DNA of 63,460 bases, filler included, from Octopus bimaculoides (Eukaryota), in assembly GCF_001194135.2 (NCBI RefSeq). It is 7 parts of 7 records of this genome, joined end to end, with 100 filler letters (N's around TTAATTAATTAA, not from the genome) between each part and the next. Parts side by side here need not be neighbours in the genome. Positions count along the whole stretch, not along the records: positions 1 to 2,607 come from NC_068987.1; positions 2,708 to 20,297 come from NC_068985.1; 5 more parts are not named here. One strand, 5' to 3'. Shown here one piece after another: positions 1 through 13,300 of the stretch. Both the position numbers and the translations under genes were made by a program. Within the stretch, counting starts at the first letter, position 1. Every line of letters begins with the position of its first letter. The notes beneath the pieces were generated by a model. It worked only from the letters and a program-made list of their open reading frames with translations. It was not told the origin of the DNA and made no database searches.

Positions 1-114
1 GGCTCTGCTAGTATGTTGTTAAAGTTTTCTGCCAGCTTTTTATGCATTCCTGGCAGGTGTTTTAACCAGAAATTGGAGATCTTGTCGTGCCCAGGTGCCT
101 TCCAGTTGCTTAGT
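1..114 (-). mobile_element. R4/Dong-clade LINE RT fragment
   Basis: Minus-strand translation RLSNWKAPGHDKISNFWLKHLPGMHKKLAENFNNILAE matches the non-LTR RT N-terminal KAPGxD motif. It abuts a (TAA)n tract. Confidence 0.7.
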
Positions 115-115
115 C

Positions 116-208
<93 letters not shown>
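115..208. repeat. (ATT)n(AGT)n microsatellite
   Basis: Seen directly. Confidence 0.95.
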
Positions 209-425
209 AGGCAGCAAGCTGGCAGAATCATCAGCATGCTTGGCAGCATGCTTAGCTGCATTTCGTCCATCCTTATGTTCTGAGTTCAAATTCCTCCAAG
301 GTCAACTTTGCCTTTCATCCTTTCAGGCTCGATAAATTAAGTACCAGTGAAACACTTGGGTTAATGTACTCAACTAGTCCCTTCCCACAAAATTTCAGGC
401 TTTGGGCCTTTAGTAGAAAGAATTA
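209..425 (+). mobile_element. SINE family 1 (other copies ~14262-14443 -, 15570-15780 +, 18581-18776 -)
   Basis: Dispersed repeat gctggcagaa...ttctgagttcaaattcc..gaggtc.actttgcctttcatcc...gataaattaagtacc with a B-box-like GAGTTCAAATT. Confidence 0.75.
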
Positions 426-658
426 TCATTATTATTAATGCAGCAAGAACCATATCTGGTCACCTAGCATGAATTTCACTATCAGTCTGTATGCTGAAAT
501 CCCATGAAATATTATGTAGGTCATCCTCTATTATACTTTATGGTTTGTACCATTTTCTTCCTACTTTAAATTTTTTTTGCTGTAATATGTCCCAGTGTAG
601 TGCCTTGGCCACACAGTCATGTCTGTGCCTATATTCCTTCCATGCCAAAGGACTACAG

Positions 659-1380
659 CAGGGGTCAATAAACTTTTTTCACAGTGGGCCAAATAACTGA
701 GAGAATGACGAGTGTAGGCCACGCAACCATTTTGTTTAATACAATACAGTGAATACACAAAATATTATGACAACTAACATATTTATTTACCAAAAAGTTA
801 TCAAAGAAAGTGACATTAACAATAAGATAGTTATATCACACCCAGTGCGCACATATCTGAATCTCACAAACTAAGCAGCAAAAATGGTTGGTGAGATTTG
901 TGAAACTGTTGTTTAGATTTTAAGATATCATCAATATTTGCTTTGGAATTGCTGCATCCAGCCAGGAGAATTCCTTTCAAGTGTTCAGTCAACCTCATTC
1001 GATGTGCTGACTTCACAGATATAAGTTGTTCCAAACACTGATGCCATACCAAAGGTAAGTTTCTTCAAATTTGAAAACTCATCATGAGGTAAGCAGCAAT
1101 ATAATTCAACAAGTTTTCCTTCTCTGTGCTTCTCTTTCAATAAATCATTTGCTTGCAAATCAATGAGCACCAACTTATAGTTTGAGTGGCATATTATCAA
1201 ATTTACAATCAAATGGATTCTGGAACAGAAGAATGTCACTCCCAATTCTGTCGAGATCTGAAAGTCTCTCCAAAAAATGCTTATTTAAATCCCGAATAAT
1301 CTTCTTTGGAAACTCAAGGTTGACATCTGCAATTTCATCTGTGAGTTACCAACTCATCTATGATCTGAAAGTCCAAATTA
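659..1380 (-). mobile_element. hAT (Charlie/GTF2IRD2-like) DNA transposon 3' fragment
   Basis: Minus-strand peptides LIDLQANDLLKEK...FSNLKK...SVFGTTYICE and SAHRMRLTEHLKGIL...IDDILKSKQQFHKSH resemble the hAT dimerisation domain. A CAGGGG terminus lies at 659. Confidence 0.8.
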
Positions 1381-1389
1381 ACACCATCT

Positions 1390-1720
1390 GTACACAGACT
1401 TCATCTTTCTGGTCTTACAATTTATATCGCTCAGTTCTTTAATCCAGTTTAAGAAAACAGCAGAATATCTTATTATAAAAATTGTCCATATATTTACTGC
1501 AGAGATGTTTTTTCCCTCCAATTAGTTTTGAGCTTAGTACCCTTTTTACTCTCCTGAGATATTTGTTTCTCACTCTATCTTTCATTTTTTGGCAGAGGAT
1601 TCTATCTATCTCCAATAGGTACTTGTAATGGTTACCTTCATTTATTGCTCAGATTGATGTCCTATTTAGGAGTTTAATCCCATCTGACTTGGATAATTTC
1701 CCTTTCTTTATCACTAGCAT
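1390..1720 (-). mobile_element. R4-clade LINE RT-thumb fragment
   Basis: YKYLLEIDRILCQKMKDRVRNKYLRRVKRVLSSKLIGGK resembles the R4-type YKYLG...EY.RR....L.SKLNG motif. Confidence 0.65.
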
Positions 1721-1782
1721 TGCACATTTGTCTATTCATGCACATGCATCATACAATCTTCCTTTCACTCAGAGAAAGAGAC

Positions 1783-2607
1783 TGTAGTAACGCTGTGCGC
1801 ATGCGTAGTCTCACGCATGCGTGGAATTCAACAACCAAGCTTTCCCGCTTCATTCTGTCTCTTTCTTGCTGGCCAGCGATTGAGCAAGGACGTGTTTAGC
1901 TGTCTCTCTCCATCTTTCGAACTTACGCTAGACAGCTCGCTCACATCTACATACCAACGTCCCAACAACCATGCTCACACACACAGAAGACGTCTCAACA
2001 AACAAGAGATAAAGATGTATATTAACCACCTTAAAATAAATGTTGTTTAAGTTGATAGTCTGGAGTTCAGTGTTCCATTATATTCTTAATATTATACAGG
2101 AAAGTCAGGTATACATCTAATGATGTATAACCCACTTTCCTATAAAATGGTGACCCTCCGACGTGATTCGAACACGCAGCCCGCTGAGCTACAATAACAA
2201 CTATTTCTATATAACTGATAACCAACATTCTTATAAAGTGGTGACCCCGACGAAAGAACAAACGCAGCATGGATTCTGGACTACCAACCTATAACTGGTG
2301 ACCCCGACTAAAGAACAAATGCAGCCATGGAGACTGAACTACCAAGCAACGATGACCACCGACATCTCCAACCATAGTCAACACGACTTACTATGTACAC
2401 CAAACTAAACCACCGCGGCAAATCTCTCTCTTCGATTCTGTTAGGTGACTTAGCTTCACCACGATAATAAACAGACAAGAATTACAGCCTGCGATACTTC
2501 CAATTGTGTACTCAAGAACTTGGTATAAAACTCTCACGTGTACTGACTTTCTATCTGCTGTGATATCTCACATACGTATAGACGGCCTGTCTTTTATTAT
2601 GTTCTTA
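1783..2607 (+). mobile_element. LTR retrotransposon 5' end: LTR (~1783-2144) plus tRNA-Trp PBS and start of internal region
   Basis: TGTAG start, AATAAA at ~2035, CTATA end at 2140-2144, then TGGTGACCC(TC)CGACGTGATTCGAACACGCAGCC (2148-2181), complementary to the tRNA-Trp 3' end including CCA. It ends at a gap. Confidence 0.65.
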
Positions 2608-2990
2608 NNNNNNNNNNNNNNNNNNNNNNNNNNNNNNNNNNNNNNNNNNNNTTAATTAATTAANNNNNNNNNNNNNNNNNNNNNNNNNNNNNNNNNNNNN
2701 NNNNNNNTTTCTTGCATAAATAAAAGAAATTTTATTTAACAAACTGTGACACTAAGGACCGAGGTTACCGTGGTCTTTTCGTAGGTTTTTCTTTCCACGG
2801 ATAACCTCCCCATTTATTGGGAATTTTTTGTATTATTTCGTATTTTGTGTAAATACCCCGAACGTTTTGCGATGTACTTTTTTCATCGTTGTCCCCACTT
2901 TTGTTTTTTTTTCTGCTTTGTTTTCGCCCCCCTCGAACAGAAAAACTCTACATTTGTATTTTGTTCCCTGTGTGGCTAATAAAGAAACAT

Positions 2991-3040
2991 ATCTATCTAT
3001 CTATCCATCTATCTATCTATGTATCTATCTATCTAGCTAG

Positions 3041-3074
<34 letters not shown>

Positions 3075-3140
3075 GTCTGTCTGTCTGTCTGTCTATTTAT
3101 GTATGTATGTATCTATGTATGTATGTATATATGTATGTAT
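2991..3140. repeat. (TATC)n(TGTC)n(TATG)n compound microsatellite
   Basis: Seen directly. Confidence 0.95.
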
Positions 3141-3659
3141 TCATTTATACACAAAACGTAAAATAGACTAACTTGATATTTAGGGCAAGAAAACAACTTT
3201 AAATGTTTCCCTTTTCCCTATCTATTGCCATAATTGATGTCTGAGATTGATTCCATTCTCAGAAGTACCATTAAATTTCTGAGAGAGACAATAGCTTGTT
3301 TCTCCTTCACACTAATTAAATTTAGACATTTTACTAACTTTTGTGTCTTCTCTTATAATTCTGGGTTGGAAATTGTGTCTTAGTGAGAACTAAATTTCAG
3401 ATATAAAATGAAACAATGTGTAGGTGCTATCATATTTAGAATCATATCACTAAAGTAGCAGACAAAAATAAAAAAAAGCGAAAAGAAAGAAAGAAAGAGA
3501 GAAAGAAAGAAAGAAAGAAAGAAGGAAAGAAGGAAAAGGAAAGAGAAAATGCTATTATTTAATTGTTTAATTAACCAGTCTAAATGTCCTGAAAAACTGA
3601 GGAAGATGTATAATAACTCAAATACAAAATAATCTACGAAACATTAAAAACACAAATAT

Positions 3660-3855
3660 CATTACTACCATCATCATCATTATCATCATGACCATCATCA
3701 TCATCATCATCGTTATTATCAACATCATTGCCATCATCATCATCGTCGTCGTCGTCATCATCATCATCGTTGTCATCATCATCATCATCATCATCATCGT
3801 TGTCATCATCATCATCATCATCACCACCATCATCATCATCATCATCATCATCATT
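3660..3855. repeat. (CAT)n-type microsatellite
   Basis: Seen directly. Confidence 0.95.
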
Positions 3856-4861
3856 CTTAATTTTGTGTCCATTTTTCCTTGCCCACATGCCTTAGACGTG
3901 ATTTGTGGAAGCAGATGTTTTAAAGCTAGATGCCATGCAGTGGAAGTGAACAGGAAAACCGTTTGGGTACGAAACAAACTTCTTAACCACAAAGAAAAGA
4001 AAATGAAGCAAGAATAATGAACAGATTCTGAAGAGGTAAATGTTTCTGGTTTTAATTCATTTTCTAACTTCCATGAATTCAAACATCTGATGGAGGATTA
4101 GTAATCCTCTTTCAGACAGCATTGGAAGAATTATTACCAAAAGGTTTCTTACTAGTTCCTATAGGAACATAAAAAGGATTCAATACAACCTCTTTGTGAA
4201 GGAACATTTTCCAAAAGAACCTGCTTGAAGCCAAAAATAGTCTTTGTTTATCAAACTTGCTCAGTGTTTGAGATGCTTTATTCATTAATAAACCTGGATG
4301 ACATAATGAAAGATTAAGTATGGCACTCTGTAGGCAACAAAACCCCGGAATTGGTAGATTATTTCTGTGAGCTTTGAAAATCTAAATCTCTCTCAAATTA
4401 ACACATTCTTGTACAGCTTATTCATTTAACACTTGTGTATATCTGGCTCAAATATTCTTCCTGTTTTATGTTACAACTGCCCAGCAATGTCATTCAGAAA
4501 ATAATCACTACAATATAATGCTTGAGTAATTCAAAATAATGTGAATTTTTAAGTATTAGATTCAACAGAATAATCTGAATGTTCAAATGTTCAATGACTT
4601 GCTTTTCCTAACACTGAGAGGAATACTTCAGTTTGAATGTATAAACTTGGCTATATTGCTTAAAATAATATTAATAATAATGATTCTTAGAAATATCTAT
4701 TAATTAGATCTTTCAAATGATATGTGCATGCACATGAAAAAGTTATTCAGGATGAATCACTCAAAGGAATGAAAATGCTAAATAGAATTAATCCAAATTC
4801 TGACTACATCCTTTTTCTTAATTATATCAAAACTGTACATCACTTCAAACAATGTTGTTAC

Positions 4862-4925
<64 letters not shown>

Positions 4926-5459
4926 CATTATTATTATTATAATATATATTATATATATATATATANNNNNNNNNNNNNNNNNNNNNNNNNNNNNNNNNNN
5001 NNNNNNNNNNNNNNNNNNNNNNNNNNNNNNNNNNNNNNNNNNNNNNNNNNNNNNNNNNNNNNNNNNNNNNNNNNNNNNNNNNNNNNNNNNNNNNNNNNNN
5101 NNNNNNNNNNNNNNNNNNNNNNNNNNNNNNNNNNNNNNNNNNNNNNNNNNNNNNNNNNNNNNNNNNNNNNNNNNNNNNNNNNNNNNNNNNNNNNNNNNNN
5201 NNNNNNNNNNNNNNNNNNNNNNNNNNNNNNNNNNNNNNNNNNNNNNNNNNNNNNNNNNNNNNNNNNNNNNNNNNNNNNNNNNNNNNNNNNNNNNNNNNNN
5301 NNNNNNNNNNNNNNNNNNNNNNNNNNNNNNNNNNNNNNNNNNNNNNNNNNNNNNNNNNNNNNNNNNNNNNNNNNNNNNNNNNNNNNNNNNNNNNNNNNNN
5401 NNNNNNNNNNNNNNNNNNNNNNNNNNNNNNNNNNNNNNNNNNNNNNNNNNNNNNNNNNN

Positions 5460-6720
5460 TAGATAGATAACTGGGAAGAGGAAGTCCCAATATAGAAATA
5501 GACATTGGTACCACAAGTAATTTTACATTGGTATATAGAATTCTTAATCTTAGAATTATTAGACATAAATTTGATTCCGTTTGAGTTGTCCTCAGAGACC
5601 AAAACTAAGTTATTATTATTATTATTATTATTATTATAGGAAAGGCTGATATTAACTAAATTAATGTTGGAACTCTCAGTAAATGAACTTTTATTTATCA
5701 GACTGGTATTATGAGAAGATGTAATTTGTGAAAGATTCTTTGGGTTGGAGAAGGCAAGTCTAACTATAAGAGAATTAATAATGGAATAATATCTAGAATT
5801 TTTGGAAAGTTCTTACTAACCGCTTCACGGAACTGCAAAGGAAGATCAGATTTAATTTGCCTTCCGTACAGAATAACAAACCAAATAGTTTTGCTAACGC
5901 CAGTCAAATTGTAAATGTTACTATCTCTAAAGAATGATGAATGACTTCTAGATTGAAAAAATGGGCTTAAATATTGGTTGCCTCCCTTCCACTGTAAAAG
6001 AATTTTATCCTGTTTTGTGTTGTTGTCCATATTAGAATTAAAATCACTCTTCTTATTACAACTAGATTAAGCACCACATTAATTTCTTCTCTAGAGAGCC
6101 CTGCTTTATTGTGTGCTTGCCAAAGAGGCTTATTGAATATAATATGTATGATTGATGAATAAAAGCTAGAGATATCAAACTGGATAAATTCAGTGTTAAC
6201 CTTATTAGCAATAGGAGTAAACCAATCAACAACTTGAAAAGAATTAGACCATAAGCTAAGTTTTAATTTATTGAATAATGTGGGGATATATTTATTTAAG
6301 ATGCATTTACTAAGTATACCGATGCCTGAGCTGGAAGGACAGATAAGCCGAAAGGATGGGTTATTATAAAAGTTTTGCTTGTGGTCTTTTAAAATAAACC
6401 GTGGTTGCCTAGGATTCAATGGTTCTGTCTTCATCTGTAATCCATATGATTCCATAATTCCTTTAGCTTCTAGGTTAGCCTGCCTGGGTGTATTCATACC
6501 GGTGATCTTATAGTGTTTTCAAATTTCTTTTTTAAGCAGTTCCAAATAGTAGCTCTTGGTGAGTTTATAGAGGTTTCCCGTTTTATCAGATTGAACAAAG
6601 ATGTAATCCATGTTATCAATTTCCTTAGAGATGTGAAGATATCTAAGATGTTTATTTTACATCGTTTATACCAATGTCGTCTTCGAAACATATGTCGAAA
6701 GTAAAAGAATTGGAATAACA
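5460..6720 (-). mobile_element. Penelope-like element (RT plus C-terminal GIY-YIG), decayed and internally deleted
   Basis: IFVQSDKTGNLYKL; LKDHKQNFYNNPSFRLICPSSSGIG; FIQFDISSFYSSI; TIWF...KNFPK...ITSSHN; and NSIYQCKITCGTNVYFYIGTSS (GIY-YIG). Confidence 0.85.
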
Positions 6721-7411
6721 TCTGTGTTCAACTCAATTTATTTACTTATATATATATATATATACATGCATATATATTTATGNNNNNNNNNNNNNNNNNN
6801 NNNNNNNNNNNNNNNNNNNNNNNNNNNNNNNNNNNNNNNNNNNNNNNNNNNNNNNNNNNNNNNNNNNNNNNNNNNNNNNNNNNNNNNNNNNNNNNNNNNN
6901 NNNNNNNNNNNNNNNNNNNNNNNNNNNNNNNNNNNNNNNNNNNNNNNNNNNNNNNNNNNNNNNNNNNNNNNNNNNNNNNNNNNNNNNNNNNNNNNNNNNN
7001 NNNNNNNNNNNNNNNNNNNNNNNNNNNNNNNNNNNNNNNNNNNNNNNNNNNNNNNNNNNNNNNNNNNNNNNNNNNNNNNNNNNNNNNNNNNNNNNNNNNN
7101 NNNNNNNNNNNNNNNNNNNNNNNNNNNNNNNNNNNNNNNNNNNNNNNNNNNNNNNNNNNNNNNNNNNNNNNNNNNNNNNNNNNNNNNNNNNNNNNNNNNN
7201 NNNNNNNNNNNNNNNNNNNNNNNNNNNNNNNNNNNNNNNNNNNNNNNNNNNNNNNNNNNNNNNNNNNNNNNNNNNNNNNNNNNNNNNNNNNNNNNNNNNN
7301 NNNNNNNNNNNNNNNNNNNNNNNNNNNNNNNNNNNNNNNNNNNNNNNNNNNNNNNNNNNNNNNNNNNNNNNNNNNNNNNNNNNNNNNNNNNNNNNNNNNN
7401 NNNNNNNNNNN

Positions 7412-7748
7412 NGAGAGCAAAGTGCTCTCTCTCTCTCTGTTTTTTTTTTTAATTCTTTTTTCTCGATTTATAGGATCATGCTCAAAGAGGTATCGTCACT
7501 CGCACGCACCATCTTTGCTACATTCACCCACCTTTTAATGAAACTTTCACGAGACAAAAACTGTCTCTCTATTCTCACCTTCCTTTTCAAGTGATACTTG
7601 AAAAAGTTGATGAGCGATTGGCCAGAGAGGTAAGTTTTCATCTCTAATCCTTTTGCTCGGGTCCACCACACACATTCTTTCACCATGGCCACCAGTATGA
7701 TGAACACTGCCTTGCCTTCCCTGTTGAGGGGCGGTGGCAGAGCAATTT
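7412..7748 (-). mobile_element. L1/Tx1-like LINE 3' end
   Basis: C-terminal peptide LVAMVKECVWWTR...LKRKVRIERQFLS...FIKRWVNV...LSMIL* followed by an A-rich tail. Confidence 0.55.
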
Positions 7749-7753
7749 GCGCG

Positions 7754-7800
<47 letters not shown>

Positions 7801-8761
7801 GAGACAGACAGACATAGATAGACAGAAAAATACAAATATATGTATTTACATGTGAGTGTATTTGTGTTTCTTGCTTTCGTTTTGTTTGAACTTCATATCT
7901 ATTATCTTCAATGTGAATGAATAGAATAAGAGAATAAATGAAAACCTTATAAATAATCATTAAGAAAAAAATATTAGTTTAATATTTATGAAATATGTAT
8001 AAAACCTCAGAAAATAAACACATATTTTCAGTTTTATTTCTATTCCGCTCATTAATAATGTATTATAGAAGAAAATTCTCTCCATAAATAACATTGAAAG
8101 AATTAAAAGAAAATCTGGGAGTCAGTCTGATGCAATTGTGGGGTTTGGGGTTCGAATTTGGAGCTATATAGTCTTAGTTTCAATCCCACTGTAGGACCAC
8201 TGTCATAAAATATTTTTAAAATATATTCTTGGGTTCACAAACATCTTCTGTCGGAAATTGTGATCAGAGGGAATTTTGCTATAGGAAAATTTGCTGTAAG
8301 CAATTTCGCTGTATGAAAATTTTACTGTATAGAAAAATTCAGCATCAACTGGATAACTCGTTTTAAAGAAATTACCTTCCTCTAATTGGTAGGTTTGTTG
8401 ATGAGGTTACCATTTTAAGACTGCAGTTAATCTTTATTTATTCATTTATCTCTGTTTTTGCAATTGATGGCACATTTTCCAATATGGTGAATTTTCTAGA
8501 CACAGGAAATTGGTACACAGAAACTGAAGAAGCATGTCACCATATGTCCCTCCCATCATCCAACATTCCCTACACCCACCCTTCATAATTCTTACAGCTG
8601 TTGCCTACCTCTCCTCCCTTTTTGCATTTCCCCATCTCTAGTCCCCCCTATATGCTCTTGTGAACCTACTCCTACTCACACTGCTAGTTCCTCTGTCTTC
8701 CTTCACTTCTACTCATTTCCTACATCGAAGGGCCACCCAAACACCTCTTCAAGACTATATA

Positions 8762-8860
8762 TACGAGGGTGAGTAAATAAGTAATGATATTTTGTTTAGG
8801 ACAGGTGTAATTGCCAACAAAGGAACATGTATCATACATCAAAATGAAGCTGGTTCGTCC
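8762..8860 (+). mobile_element. Possible Tc1/mariner terminal fragment
   Basis: Begins TACGAGGGTGAGTAAATAAG, a mariner-type TIR start. No partner TIR was found. Confidence 0.3.
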
Positions 8861-11129
8861 TCTACAGATCACATCCCTACTTCTCCACTCAGAAATTTCC
8901 ATCCAATTTGTCTCTCTCTTTCTTATTACCCTTGATGTATTCAAACCCTAGGCCTAAAACTAACCACTACATCCAGTCATTACTCTCCAAAATATCTGTC
9001 CTCTGGAATTCCTTCCCTGCACATATCTTTCCTACAGGTGTTTGACTCATAAATATTCAGGGGGAATAATGGTTTCACATTTTGTCACAGGGCCAGCAGA
9101 TTCAGGGTAGGTGTAGGTCAATTACATCGACCCCCCACCTCCTGCCCCAGGATCAACTAGGAATCAATTTATTGAACCCGAAAGAATACAATGCAAAGTT
9201 GACGTTGGTGGTATTTGAATTCAGAAAGTAAAGACATGCAAAATGCTTTGCATCATTTTGTTTGGAGTGCGAACTATTCTGCCAGCTCACTGCCTTATTC
9301 AAGAGGAATATTACTGGCATCAACTTCACTGGGCAAAGAGGAGTTGCAACGAACATGGGTACTGTTCCTTCCACCAAATCCAGTAAATCATCATCATCAT
9401 CATCATCGTTTAATGTCCGCTTTCAATGCTGGCATGGGTTAGATGGCTTGACTGAAGACTTGCAAGCCAGGAAGCTGCACTGGGCTCGAGTCTGATCTGG
9501 CAAGTTTTCTATAGCTGGATGCCCTTCGTAATGCCAACCACTCTGAGAGTGTAGTGGGTGTTTTTTACGTGCCACCAGCAGTGGCATCAACCATGCTCGA
9601 ATGGTGTTTCTAACGTGCCACCAGCAAGAGATAAAAGTGAATAAAACCATGATAGAGAAAGACATGACTGTGTGGTAAAGAAGGTGCTTTGGAACCACAT
9701 GGTTTCAGGTCCATTCTTACTGCATGGCACCATGGGTAAGTGTCTTTTGCTATTGTTCAAGGCTGACCAATGGACTGTAAATGAAATGGGCAAATGGAAA
9801 CATAGCACATATTTGCATGTGTGTGTATGTATGTGCGTATGTGCGTGTGTGTTATGTCTGTGTTTGTCTCCTGTTCACTTATCAACTGGGGCTGGTTTGT
9901 TTACATCACATAACTTGTAAGCTTAAGTAAAAAAAAACAAAGAAATAAAATACACACAAGACCTCAAAAACTAAATGCTAGGGTTGATTTGTTCATCCAC
10001 CCATCAACGTCATACCCTAGTATGGCTGTTCTCCAATGACTGAAACCAGTAAGAAATAAAAGAGTAAAGATAAACGAATTATCAGAACAACAATGGTTCC
10101 ATCATACGTCTGCTCACCATCTTTGAAAAACTGGATAAAACAGCTTTAGATGCTCTGAAAAAGAAATGGTTTTCATGTTAGGTCTGATTCTATCAAGGCT
10201 GGTTTAGGGCAAACAACAGCACCAACAACAACAACAATAACAGTGATAATACCATAACCAGCAAGAAGAAACTACGAATAGAAACATAACTCACAAAAAG
10301 TAGTTTAACTTTAAAGAAGAAATTTTGAAAATAAAACGAGTTTCTGTATATCAACTTGAACTAATTTAAAACAAAAAGAAAAGTTGTGTTGAAATGATTT
10401 GAAAGATTATAAATAAATATGAACTTAAAACTACTTGATTATAAAGTGAAAGAGAAAAAATAGGAGGGAACCAAAAAATTAATTCAGATATTAGAATATA
10501 ACAAAAAATACATATAAAGATATTTTGATAATAAATAGATAAATTTATTAAATACTAAAACAAATAAATATATAAAACCATAAAATAAAGAATAATAAAA
10601 CAACAGAATATTTGCTGCTGGCAGAGAAGAAGAGAATCTTTGAGATATTCTAAAAGAATTTCTGTCTGGTCTACTTTATTTATTATTTTTTATATTTCAT
10701 TATTTTTCTTCTTTTTTTTTTGTTTTTTGCTTATTCGCATTTATTTTTCTCTACAGTTATTGATTTTCATATTTATTCATTGCACATATTATTTTTATTT
10801 ATAGTTATTATTATTATTATTATTATTATTTTTATATGAATGAAGCCCGCAGCAAAAATTAATGGAATATTATAGCAGAGAGGAATCTCTTACGATTATT
10901 ATTTTTGGAGTTTTGCTGTTAATTTTATTTTTGTCTGTTATCATTGCTATCATCTTTGAATTGTAATAAGGCAGAACCATGTTAAATTCTATGGTTCTGG
11001 TCAAGAAATTTAAGCAATTGCTCAAAACCTGTTCTGCAACATTTGCAGTATAACACCATTTTTTTTTGGTTTTCCATTTATTTTTCTATTTTCAAACTTA
11101 AAAGAACATTTCGATAATTAGATTTAAAT

Positions 11130-11803
11130 ATTCATGCATTTATGCATATATATATGTGTAAGCTTGCATACAAACATGCATGTGCATATATACATATATA
11201 CATGCATCTGTATATATGTGCATAGACATATATATACATATATACATGTATACATATATAGATATATAAATACACGCATACATATATGTATATATGTATA
11301 CATATGTATATATATGTATATATATATATATGTATATGTTTATATATATATGCATATATATATGAATATATATATATTCCAACACATATATATATATTTA
11401 TATGTGTATGTATGTTTGTGTGTGTTTGTGTGTGTGTGTACATGTGTGTGTATGCATGTATGTATGTATGTATGTGGGTGCTTGTGTGGATGAGTGTGCA
11501 GCGAGATCTATTAATTTATCTTTTCTCTTTGTATGTTAAACATATACCACAGTTCAATAAAGTATTATTTGTTATTTTAATTGTTTTGTTTTTGTTATCA
11601 TAATTAAGCATAAACACACACACACACATGCACATACACATGCATACACTACAACTTACACATACAAACACTCATAAACATATATTCATATAAAGAGGAA
11701 AAGATGTTGATATACATATGTGTACGTGTATGTGTATGTGTGTTTGACTGTATACATGAGTGTTTATATATATTAAAGTATGTGATGTATATTTGCATTC
11801 ACA

Positions 11804-11846
<43 letters not shown>

Positions 11847-12287
11847 NNNNNNNNNNNNNNNNNNNNNNNNNNNNNNNNNNNNNNNNNNNNNNNNNNNNNN
11901 NNNNNNNNNNNNNNNNNNNNNNNNNNNNNNNNNNNNNNNNNNNNNNNNNNNNNNNNNNNNNNNNNNNNNNNNNNNNNNNNNNNNNNNNNNNNNNNNNNNN
12001 NNNNNNNNNNNNNNNNNNNNNNNNNNNNNNNNNNNNNNNNNNNNNNNNNNNNNNNNNNNNNNNNNNNNNNNNNNNNNNNNNNNNNNNNNNNNNNNNNNNN
12101 NNNNNNNNNNNNNNNNNNNNNNNNNNNNNNNNNNNNNNNNNNNNNNNNNNNNNNNNNNNNNNNNNNNNNNNNNNNNNNNNNNNNNNNNNNNNNNNNNNNN
12201 NNNNNNNNNNNNNNNNNNNNNNNNNNNNNNNNNNNNNNNNNNNNNNNNNNNNNNNNNNNNNNNNNNNNNNNNNNNNNNNNNNNNNNN

Positions 12288-12334
<47 letters not shown>

Positions 12335-12339
12335 TACTC

Positions 12340-12370
<31 letters not shown>

Positions 12371-12560
12371 AATATATGTATATATACATAGATGCACACT
12401 TGTGTATATGTACATAGATATATATGGGCGTGTATGTATAGAATTATACATTCACACACACATGCATTAACAAATACCAACACACAGACACACAACCATG
12501 AATATATCCATGCATGAATACAGAAATACAGACACACCTAGAATATACATGCGTACATAC
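11130..12560. repeat. (TA)n/(TG)n/(CA)n low-complexity tract spanning a gap
   Basis: Seen directly. Confidence 0.9.
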
Positions 12561-13066
12561 ACCCAAACAAGCAGACATGCATAAGTACATACACTATCGA
12601 AATCAACTCCTGTTCACTAAATTGAGTATGAAATATTGTTGTTATAATATTGAACACTTCATTGAACACAAATAGTAGCTAATCAGACAAACATATTTGA
12701 AGGAAATCACCCAACTAACTCTAACCTCAAGGCTGGGCCTTTCAGCTGTGTTATAGAGTTAATTTAATAAGCTAACATGATTCAATTTGTTAGACACGCT
12801 TCTTAAATTATACCAAGGCATATCTGATTTGCATTCTTCAATCTATGGTCTTTGTTTGCTTCACTCCCAGACAGACAAGTGTTTATAATATTATATCTGT
12901 ACATTTGGAGTGTATATATTCTTTATACACACGCACACATACACAAATACATACGTTTGTGCATACATTCGGAAATGTGTATGTTTAATGCACATCAATG
13001 TGTGTATGGTTATATGCACCTTAGTATATATGTCTATCTATCTATTTATCTATTTATCTATCTATG

Positions 13067-13124
<58 letters not shown>

Positions 13125-13300
13125 ACTATCTATTTATCTATATCTATATATATATATATATATATTTCTATCAATCAGTCTGCCTCACTATATAAATACA
13201 CACACACACATATATGTATATATGTATACATATGTATATATATATATATATATATTTATATGTCTATATACATATATATATGTAGAAGTTTATAAATATA

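Noticed and set aside
2148-2181. tRNA-Trp gene on the minus strand
   Set aside because: Only the 3' ~32 nt are present, with an encoded CCA and a 2-nt insertion; better explained as a PBS.
2652-2663. TTAATTAATTAA palindrome recurring at 2652, 20342, 25996, 54686, 56757 and 60721
   Set aside because: It always sits between fixed-length N runs and has stops in all six frames, so it is a scaffolding linker.
3618-4082. Long ORFs rich in poly-I/M/D/L, YI, VC or HT, and all X-run ORFs across the window
   Set aside because: They are translations of microsatellites or N gaps.
6519-6521. In-frame TGA in the Penelope-like RT as selenocysteine
   Set aside because: It is not at a cysteine column (context KEI*KHYK), and the copy is deleted and decayed, so it is an ordinary nonsense mutation.
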